A stretch of 64,000 bases of DNA from Pseudomonas sp. UBA4194 (GTDB lineage Bacteria; Pseudomonadota; Gammaproteobacteria; Pseudomonadales; Pseudomonadaceae). Positions 56,982-64,000 of this stretch are shown here, piece by piece. The stretch's first letter is position 1; every line of letters starts with the position of its first letter. Below the pieces are notes generated by a model. It ran no database searches and was not told the origin of the DNA. It saw only the letters and a list, made by a program, of their open reading frames with translations. The translations under genes were made by a program, and so were the position numbers. The DNA is taken from assembly GCF_002379585.1 (NCBI RefSeq), contig NZ_DFUE01000030.1, positions 30,833 to 94,832 on the forward strand, in the 5' to 3' direction.

Positions 56982-57986
56982 CTAGACCTTCGAACAGATG
57001 TTCTCGCACACAGCACCTTGTACGTAGCAACTCAGGTTATGCAATGTGGTACTGGCTATCTGCTCCAGCGCCTCCTGAGTGAAAAATCCTTGGTGCCCCG
57101 TCACGATGACATTCGGGAAAGTGGTCAGGCGCAGGAAAATTTCATCGTCAATATAGGCATTGGAGTGGTCCTGAAAGAACAACGAGCTTTCCTGCTCGTA
57201 GACGTCGATGGCCAGTGCGCCAAGGTGGCCGGATTTCAGGGCGTCGATGACTGATCGGGTGTCGATCAGCGCGCCACGTGACGTGTTCACGAGCAGGGCC
57301 CCCGGTTTCATTCGGGTTAACGTTTCAGCTGAGATCAGGCGATAGGTTGCATCCTTCAGCGGGCAATGCAGACTGACGATGTCCGATTCGCCAAGTAGCT
57401 GATCCAGGCGAGCATAGTGCCCAAGCTTCATGAAGTCCGGCGTTTCGACAGGATCATGCGCCAATACTCGGCAGCCAAAGCCCTTAAATATCCGAGCAGT
57501 GGCAAGGCCGATCTGCCCCGTACCGATAATCCCCACCGTCTTGCCATGGAGGTTGAACCCTAACAACCCATCGAGCATGAAGTTTCCTTCACGCACCCGG
57601 TTGTAGGCCCGGTGGGTATGCCGATTCAGCGTCATCACCAAAGCCAACGTATGTTCGGCCACCGCCTCAGGGGAATAAGCGGGCACGCGGGATACGTGCA
57701 GCCCCAGCGCCTGCACGGCGGTCAGATCGACATTGTTGAATCCGGCACATCGCAGCAGCACCGCCTCCACGCCATACTGCTTCAGCGTCCGCAGAACCTT
57801 GGCGTCCAGCTGATCGTTGACGAATACACAGATGGCATCGAAGCCCTGTGCCAGCGCAACAGTGTCGGCGTCGAGGCGGTCGGCGAAGTAGGTGATCGCC
57901 CAATCTTTATCGGAATGGTCTCGATGCAGGACTTCTTCGAAAAACCTTCGATCGTAGGGCTGAGCGCTGAAGAGGGCGATCTTCAT
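56982..57986 (-). CDS. ldhA: D-lactate dehydrogenase (NAD-dependent 2-hydroxyacid dehydrogenase)
   Basis: LRCAGFNNVD, RVPAYSPEAVAEH, HRAYNRVREGNF, GTGQIG, DVYEQE, TGHQGFFT. Confidence 0.93.
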   Translation of the reverse strand: MKIALFSAQPYDRRFFEEVLHRDHSDKDWAITYFADRLDADTVALAQGFDAICVFVNDQLDAKVLRTLKQYGVEAVLLRCAGFNNVDLTAVQALGLHVSRVPAYSPEAVAEHTLALVMTLNRHTHRAYNRVREGNFMLDGLLGFNLHGKTVGIIGTGQIGLATARIFKGFGCRVLAHDPVETPDFMKLGHYARLDQLLGESDIVSLHCPLKDATYRLISAETLTRMKPGALLVNTSRGALIDTRSVIDALKSGHLGALAIDVYEQESSLFFQDHSNAYIDDEIFLRLTTFPNVIVTGHQGFFTQEALEQIASTTLHNLSCYVQGAVCENICSKV

Positions 57987-58067
57987 GGTACCTCCGGTGG
58001 TGTATTGGCAGATTGTTCGCCCGCTGCTCTCATGATCTATCGATCCTTACTGCTGGCTCAAGTCACC
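57951..58067. repeat. Direct repeat, copy 2 (intact ldhA start and leader)
   Basis: Matches 55310-55426 at an offset of 2641 bp. Confidence 0.9.
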
Positions 58068-58082
58068 CGGTTTACAGGTCCG

Positions 58083-58757
58083 CTACTTACCCGTTTTGAA
58101 TTTCTCGTAAGTCAGGCGCATGTCGCTTGCCCAACCGTCGAGTACTGGCTTGACGTCATAGAGTGTCAGTTGCGCCTTGTCGTTCTCCAGAGATTTACCG
58201 CTACCTTTGCGAACCACCTGAGCGAGCACCTCGTTCGTGGCCGCGTCCAGGAATGCAGATTCGGTGGCGATCTCGACGCTTTGGTCTCGCCCGCCGGCTG
58301 CTGTATTTACGGCGGCGGCCACCAACGCGACCGGAATCACCTCATAGGCCTTCAGGCGCTCGGTGCTGGTCGATACAGCGGTGATGGCAGGTCGAACGGT
58401 GATGGTGTTGGCGCCGGGACCCTCCGCCAAGCGCATGTTTTTACCCAGTTCGCGTTTGAGGGCCGTGTCGTAGTAGCGCGTGATCGACTGCAGGGTTTGT
58501 GCTGAGATCACCGCTGTAGGTTGGGGTTTGGGATAGAGCTGACTGGGTTCGATGTACACCTGCGTGTATTTATCCAGCTTGATGTCCGGATCGATCCAGC
58601 GCATCACTGGCGCGCCGCTCACGCTTTCATCAGCCTTGAGGCGACTGTAATCCTTGAGAAATCCAGAGTAGTGACTGGGGTCGACCTGCGTACTGGCGCA
58701 ACCACCCACCCCCAGAATGGCGGAACACAAGAGCGTTTTGAACGTCAGCGTTCTCAT
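58083..58757 (-). CDS. DUF3313 family lipoprotein
   Basis: Lipobox-like VGGC; YSGFLKDYSRL, RPAITAV, LKAYEVIPVAL, AQVVRKG. Confidence 0.8.
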   Translation of the reverse strand: MRTLTFKTLLCSAILGVGGCASTQVDPSHYSGFLKDYSRLKADESVSGAPVMRWIDPDIKLDKYTQVYIEPSQLYPKPQPTAVISAQTLQSITRYYDTALKRELGKNMRLAEGPGANTITVRPAITAVSTSTERLKAYEVIPVALVAAAVNTAAGGRDQSVEIATESAFLDAATNEVLAQVVRKGSGKSLENDKAQLTLYDVKPVLDGWASDMRLTYEKFKTGK

Positions 58758-58793
58758 AATGATATCTCGTCAGATGCGGTTGGCCTCGATGGC

Positions 58794-59699
58794 CTACCAG
58801 GCGTATTGGAGTCGGAGCGTCCAGGTATTCACGTCAGCAGAGCCGGTACGTTCAGACACTGTGTCGGAATAGGCGATGAGCCCACCGAACTGCGGTGACA
58901 GCATGAAGCCCATGCTGGCTCCCAGTAGCGCGTTCTCCTGTTTGTTGTCTTGCCAATCCCCGTCAATCCTGGTTTCGCCACCCCGATTGTAAGTGGCATC
59001 AAGAGAAGCCCAGAGTGCACGGTTGAAGGTGTAACTGAAGTGTCCTTCAACGCCGTACAAAGGCTTCTGCTCGAGTGTTCGGTTACCTTGGTAGTCGTCG
59101 TTGTCCCCGTAGAGCGAGACGTAACCGTTCAGTTCAAGCCAGGTCGGGCCGATAGGCGTGCCAAAGGCGATCTCCGGTTTGAAGGCCCAGCGGTTTGACC
59201 CAATGTTGATGACTCGGTCCTTGTCGTAGTCGCCCGTTGGTGCCGTGACCCAGAGTGCGCCTGTCATAAAGGTCTCAGGCGTCCAGTTCGCGAATTCTTC
59301 CTTGGTCAGTGCCGGGCCCCCGAATAGGTTGTGCACCAGCACTACTTGCGTATCGGCCATTCCGCCATTGTGTTTGGTGCCATCGAAGAACCGCGCGTTA
59401 TCGAAAGACGCGGAGATATCAGCGTATGGCTGCAAGATCTGGATAGCACTGTTGCGCCCATCGATAGCGAAAGAGCGGGCATAACGCGCAATGTAGAGAT
59501 TTGCGTTCAGCGAAAGCCCGTCAATGGGCAGGGACGTGTCGATCGGCGTGTTGGTATCGATACGGTTGTAATACCCGAACACCATGTTGAGATCAGTCGG
59601 CAGGTTCTGCCAGTCCCTGGCATTGTCAGCAAGCGCCAGCATGGGCGTGAATGCCAGGGACGTCGCCCCGAGAATGGTTAATCTTTGAAATCCGAGCAT
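58794..59699 (-). CDS. Outer membrane beta-barrel of the Phenol_MetA_deg (SphA-like) family
   Basis: Signal peptide; APTGDYDKDRVINIGSNRW.FKPE, alternating beta strands, C-terminal LQYAW. Confidence 0.75.
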   Translation of the reverse strand: MLGFQRLTILGATSLAFTPMLALADNARDWQNLPTDLNMVFGYYNRIDTNTPIDTSLPIDGLSLNANLYIARYARSFAIDGRNSAIQILQPYADISASFDNARFFDGTKHNGGMADTQVVLVHNLFGGPALTKEEFANWTPETFMTGALWVTAPTGDYDKDRVINIGSNRWAFKPEIAFGTPIGPTWLELNGYVSLYGDNDDYQGNRTLEQKPLYGVEGHFSYTFNRALWASLDATYNRGGETRIDGDWQDNKQENALLGASMGFMLSPQFGGLIAYSDTVSERTGSADVNTWTLRLQYAW

Positions 59700-59781
59700 C
59701 CTGTCGCTCCTTATCGCGGTGGCCCACGGGTAGTAATCGTCACTCATCGCTGTTCTCGGTGGGCTAACCGCCATCTCCTGT

Positions 59782-61239
59782 TCAGTTCACGGGCGTGATG
59801 TCATCAAGCTTCCAGCTCTTGTCGAAATAGGCTTCGGTCGGTGCATACAGGCGGAAGTAACTGAACCAGTGCTTGCCAGGCACGGTTTGAACCCAGTTCT
59901 TCTCGAATCCTTCGGGCGCCTCAGGGCCGAAATACAGATCCACCGAACCGTCCGGATTTTTCTTCAGGTCCTGACGGGACGACAGGTCCGCTTTTCGTTG
60001 GGGATTGTCGATCAAGCAGCGGGTGTCGGTGTCATAGACGGTCATCGACCAGAACTGCTTGGCGGGCGGATTAGCCCCTACATGCAAGCGATAGCTTCTG
60101 CCGCCATCGAGCCACTTTCCGTCCTTGTCCGTGTAGGCACCCAGATAGGTCTGGCCCAGACCAGGCGTTTTTGAAACCATGCCCTTGGTGTTGGTCACAG
60201 CCTCATAAAACCAGGCACTGCGTTCCCAAAGCTGATCGTAGAACGCCACTCGCTGTGAAGGCTCGGCAATGTTCAGCACTGTGTCCCACTGGCGATCTGG
60301 CCAGAACTGGGCGCCAGGGAACCGCTTGGCAAAGGTGTTGGCCTTCGCGATCAGCTCGCCCATCTGCGCGCCTTCTTCCAGCGCCTTTTTCTGTGCGGGT
60401 GTCGGCTGGAATGGCTTGTCCTTCTCTATTCCCAGACTCGCCAGCATGGCCATGTAGAAGCGGTCTCGTTCATTCACCGGCTCTTTCTGGATGATCTGGT
60501 GCAGACGCTCCCAGTACGCCATGCCACGAGGTTGCGTGCCCGACCAGGCTTTACCACCCGGAGAAAGCAGCTTGGTTTTGCTCGGCTCCGTGCGATTGCT
60601 GTACGGGTACATTTTGAACTGCTCAACCAAGGCCTTGCCTTTGGCAGGGTCAGGATCGAGTACACGGAACCCCACCAGCACATTCATGGTTTCCGAATGG
60701 GCGATGTAATACTTGTCGGCATCGGCGGGGGGCTGGGCACCGGGTGGCAACACCAGATACTTTCCACCTTTCCCTTTATCAGGCCCAGTTTCGCCCATGT
60801 CGATGATTGCACGCTGCCAGAAATCGCCGACGCCTCCGGCGGTAGGTCCCGGTGGCAGTTCAATCACCAGCGGGCCCGTTTCGTTCAGATCCACGAATCC
60901 GAGAATGTAGGGCGTCGTCGCATTGGCTGTGATGACGCCCAATTTGTCCTCGTAACTGGTCAGCACCATCAGGTCGCCACTCTTGGCGCCCAGTTTGGTT
61001 TGAAACTCCCCTTGCCACTGTGCGTAGGAAACCAGCGGCAATGCCCAGAGATAGCTCTGGGTGGCTTGCTGGAAATCCAGCTCCGAGTAGAGTTTGGCGA
61101 TGGACTCATGGGCCGGAAGTTCTCCCTCCATTGCCACTGGCCCAATACGGGTGTCCAGCGTCTGAGCCTGGGCGGCCAGGCCGCAACTGACGGCCAGGGT
61201 AAGAAGTGTGCGGCCAGCCAAGCGAACAAAATGATCCAT
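59782..61239 (-). CDS. DUF1254/DUF1214 periplasmic protein
   Basis: YLWALP, TANATTPY, GPLVIELP, GPDKGKGGKYLVLPPG, FWSMTVYD, DGSVDLYFGP, YFRLYAP. Confidence 0.88.
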   Translation of the reverse strand: MDHFVRLAGRTLLTLAVSCGLAAQAQTLDTRIGPVAMEGELPAHESIAKLYSELDFQQATQSYLWALPLVSYAQWQGEFQTKLGAKSGDLMVLTSYEDKLGVITANATTPYILGFVDLNETGPLVIELPPGPTAGGVGDFWQRAIIDMGETGPDKGKGGKYLVLPPGAQPPADADKYYIAHSETMNVLVGFRVLDPDPAKGKALVEQFKMYPYSNRTEPSKTKLLSPGGKAWSGTQPRGMAYWERLHQIIQKEPVNERDRFYMAMLASLGIEKDKPFQPTPAQKKALEEGAQMGELIAKANTFAKRFPGAQFWPDRQWDTVLNIAEPSQRVAFYDQLWERSAWFYEAVTNTKGMVSKTPGLGQTYLGAYTDKDGKWLDGGRSYRLHVGANPPAKQFWSMTVYDTDTRCLIDNPQRKADLSSRQDLKKNPDGSVDLYFGPEAPEGFEKNWVQTVPGKHWFSYFRLYAPTEAYFDKSWKLDDITPVN

Positions 61240-61249
61240 ACAAAGCTAC

Positions 61250-62041
61250 CTATTTACCAAAGGTGACGTTGATACCTGCAAACACTGTGAACTGCGGCAA
61301 ACCATCGCCTTTGCGCTCGACTGTCCACTGAGGTTCAACGAATGCGTTAAGAATATTGGTTCCGGATTTCCATGCCTTGCCCACCCCAAGTCCAATCGGG
61401 ATGTAGTGGGTGTCATTTTTCAGGTCGAAGGTCCAGGTCCCGGTCGAGCGCAGGTACCACCCCTTGGGAAGGTTGTGAATGATGAAGGGTTGGAAGGTCG
61501 CGGTTTCAACATGCTGACGATCACTGTCGCCGGCAAACGAGCTCTGGTATTGCACCAGTCCGCCCAACAACCCCCGGGGTGAAGAATCGATTGCAACGGC
61601 TGCAAGCCCCGCCTGCCATTTACCGGTACCCAGTTCATCCTGAGCAGCAGTGGGCGCCGTTATCTGCGGCCCGATCCCGAGCTGAACGCCCTCGGTCTTG
61701 AGCAGGAATATGTCGAAAAGGTTGAGATCGCCGATGCCGGTACTGTAGCCGCCGTGTGGATCGGGACGGGTACTGATCGGGAGTGTTGCACGAAGGATTT
61801 GAGGTACACCGATGAAGTCCCCAGGGGCGACGGGGAGTGTTCCTCGTAGCAACGCATCGTTGGTATGCACGTTGGTGTCATAAAGCTTCGGGGTGTAGTA
61901 ATCCTGCAGGTTGGCCCCCGGTGCCAGATTCAACGGGTTGTTACTTTTGTTGGCGGTGTCGGCGTTGTCCGCATTGGCGCACAACGCTAGCGGAGCAAGA
62001 GCTGTCATAAGGACCGCTCTACCAAAGTGTAGCCTGCTCAT
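61250..62041 (-). CDS. Conserved exported protein, probable outer membrane beta-barrel
   Basis: Signal peptide; NKSNNPL, TGIGDL, APTA..DELGTGKWQAG, YIPIGLGVGK, C-terminal amphipathic strand INVTF. Confidence 0.65.
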   Translation of the reverse strand: MSRLHFGRAVLMTALAPLALCANADNADTANKSNNPLNLAPGANLQDYYTPKLYDTNVHTNDALLRGTLPVAPGDFIGVPQILRATLPISTRPDPHGGYSTGIGDLNLFDIFLLKTEGVQLGIGPQITAPTAAQDELGTGKWQAGLAAVAIDSSPRGLLGGLVQYQSSFAGDSDRQHVETATFQPFIIHNLPKGWYLRSTGTWTFDLKNDTHYIPIGLGVGKAWKSGTNILNAFVEPQWTVERKGDGLPQFTVFAGINVTFGK

Positions 62042-62578
62042 GATGTTGTCCCTAATTATCAACCCAAGCATGGAGCCCGCTTGCAAATCCTCATGGGCCA
62101 TTGAAAACTAGCAGAGGCTGTGGAAACCGCCAGAGCAAAAACAACATTTGATATGGGACTTTTGTCCACCCATGAAAGCGTTATAAATCAATCCGTGCTT
62201 ATAAACCTAAAAGCTGGCGAGTTTCCCGAAATACTCTGGTAATACTCATTGGCCACTATTCGGATGCTGCGTAGCTCGTCCATTTGCTTCCAAAAAAATA
62301 TCTAGTATCGATAGCAAACATTCGCTTCAAGGCTATGCTCCCTATTGCCGTTTCCGGCCTATACACCCCTCTTGGCTGCACAAGGACGTCGCATGCATGC
62401 ACTCAAGCCCATTCAAGGCAGACGAACGTCCTTCGAAGAAACGGCATTGACCAAGATCGTTTGCTGTCGATGAACCGTCCGACTCGGGACGAGCGCAATA
62501 TCATTGCAACGCCTTGCCAATTGAGTAGACCTCGCCGAGCAAACATGTAACTCACTGCATGACACAGGAGTGTTTTCA

Positions 62579-64000
62579 ATGAAGTTAAGTTATCCGTTAT
62601 TGGCCTTGGCGATAGGCCTGAACAGTGGTCTTGCATTGGCTCAGGTCGAGCCCAAAGAAGCGAGTGAGCAAACCCGCCAGGCCAACGCTGCGGTGCTCAA
62701 GGAGTTGCCGTTCGCCGATAAACAGGATTTCGAAGATGCCAAAAAAGGTTTCATCGAGACTCTGGTGCCGATGACGATCAAGGACGCCAAAGGCGAGACC
62801 TCCTGGGATCTGACCAGTTACGACTTCATCAAGGGAGAGGCCCCCGATACGGTCAACCCAAGCCTGTGGCGCATCGCCGAACTGAACATGAACAATGGCT
62901 TGTTCAAGGTCACGGACAGGGTTTATCAGATTCGTGGTTTCGATCTGTCCAACATGACCATCATCGAAACGGACAACGGCCTGATTGTGATCGACCCGCT
63001 GGTGACCACCGAGGTGGCCAAGGCCGGCCTCGATCTTTACTACAAGAACCGACCGAAGAAACCGGTGGTGGCGGTGATCTATACCCACAGCCATGCGGAC
63101 CATTACGGCGGCGTGAAAGGGGTGGTCAGCGAAGAAGACGTGAAGTCTGGCAAGGTCAAGGTCATCGCGCCGGAAGGTTTCCTGGAAGAGGCCGTGAGCG
63201 AGAACGTGCTGGCCGGTAATGCCATGAGTCGTCGCACGCTCTACCAGTACGGCGCATTACTGCCCCGCAGCGCTCGCGGCCAACTCGACGCTGGCTTGGG
63301 CAAGACCACCTCATTCGGCACTTTCACTCTGATCCCGCCCACCGACACCATCACCAAAACCGGTGAGACACGCAACATCGACGGTGTCGATCTGGAATTC
63401 CAGATGGCGCCGGGCACCGAAGCGCCGTCGGAAATGCTCATCTGGTTCCCGCAGTTCAAGCTGCTGAACACCGCTGAAGATGCCACCCATACGCTGCATA
63501 ACCTCTACACCCTGCGCGGCGCGCAGGTGCGCAACGCAGCGAATTGGTGGAAGACTCTGAATCAGGCGATCAACACCCATGGCGATAAGGTCGAGATCGT
63601 CATCGCCCAGCACCACTGGCCGATGTGGGGGCAACAGCGCATCGTCAATTTCATTGCCGATCAACGGGACATGTTCAAGTACATCCACGACCAGTCTCTG
63701 AACCTGGCGAACAAAGGCTTCACCATGACCGAGATCGCCGAGCAACTGCAACTGCCCGACAGCACCGGCAAACAGTGGCATAACCGTGGGTACTACGGCT
63801 CGGTCAACCACGATGCCAAGGCCATTTACCAACGCTATCTGGGCTGGTACGACAGCAATCCCGCCAACCTGCACCCGTTGCCTCCGGCAGAGGCAGGCAA
63901 AAAATACGTCGAGTTCATGGGCGGCGCGGACGCGATCCTCACCAAAGCAAGAACCTCGATAGCCCAGGGCGATTATCGCTGGGCCGCAGAAGTGCTCAAG
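62579..64000 (+). CDS. Alkyl sulfatase (SdsA1/YjcS family, metallo-beta-lactamase fold), truncated by the window end
   Basis: Absent from the ORF track because it is open to the end. AGGAG RBS, MKLSYPLLAL signal, LPFADKQDFEDA, PDTVNPSLWR, IYTHSHADHYGG, PGTEAPSEM, HNLYTLRGA, QHHWP, RGYYGS. Confidence 0.92.
   Translation, partial: MKLSYPLLALAIGLNSGLALAQVEPKEASEQTRQANAAVLKELPFADKQDFEDAKKGFIETLVPMTIKDAKGETSWDLTSYDFIKGEAPDTVNPSLWRIAELNMNNGLFKVTDRVYQIRGFDLSNMTIIETDNGLIVIDPLVTTEVAKAGLDLYYKNRPKKPVVAVIYTHSHADHYGGVKGVVSEEDVKSGKVKVIAPEGFLEEAVSENVLAGNAMSRRTLYQYGALLPRSARGQLDAGLGKTTSFGTFTLIPPTDTITKTGETRNIDGVDLEFQMAPGTEAPSEMLIWFPQFKLLNTAEDATHTLHNLYTLRGAQVRNAANWWKTLNQAINTHGDKVEIVIAQHHWPMWGQQRIVNFIADQRDMFKYIHDQSLNLANKGFTMTEIAEQLQLPDSTGKQWHNRGYYGSVNHDAKAIYQRYLGWYDSNPANLHPLPPAEAGKKYVEFMGGADAILTKARTSIAQGDYRWAAEVLK

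Noticed and set aside
62597..63874. Short ORFs listed in the track over 62.6-63.9 kb
   Set aside because: Explained by the plus-strand alkyl sulfatase frame that runs off the window end
1..64000. CRISPR arrays, tRNA/rRNA, IS elements, prophage or defence genes
   Set aside because: No regularly spaced repeats, RNA gene signatures, or transposase, integrase or phage motifs were seen by eye

Overview
GC-rich Pseudomonas-type chromosomal region, inferred from the OprD porins, Ohr/OhrR, MCP and IbpA. It holds about 58 CDS, mostly transporters, regulators and small-molecule catabolic or detoxification enzymes. I saw no rRNA, tRNA, CRISPR array, integrase or transposase. Main blocks: (i) Nudix, LysR-VOC-GST, a soluble hybrid kinase whose N-terminus resembles a ParD-type ribbon-helix-helix domain, MFS and an orphan binding protein. 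(ii) A 6.6-15 kb XRE-cupin cluster (FMN and FAD 2-hydroxy-acid oxidases, DapA-like aldolase, Pot-like ABC) tied together by a shared 18-bp motif. (iii) GabP-like permease, DAD-family dioxygenase, LysR and class III aminotransferase. (iv) TrmK, TspO-esterase and an acyltransferase. (v) A cobalamin riboswitch heading a metal-type binding protein, pseudoazurin and an OprD porin. (vi) ohr/ohrR, MCP, an AT-richer MFS plus atypical cysteine-synthase-like pair, NCS2 and ibpA. (vii) An accessory-looking 36-64 kb region with a tandem double IclR, an 11-kb porin/ABC/decarboxylase-like/DszC-like/NtaA-like/MmgE-PrpD/SDR operon, a 117-bp duplicated ldhA 5' end, and an outer-membrane DUF3313/DUF1254 module divergent from an SdsA1-type alkyl sulfatase cut by the window end. 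All products were assigned by motif recognition only, and all substrates are hypotheses.
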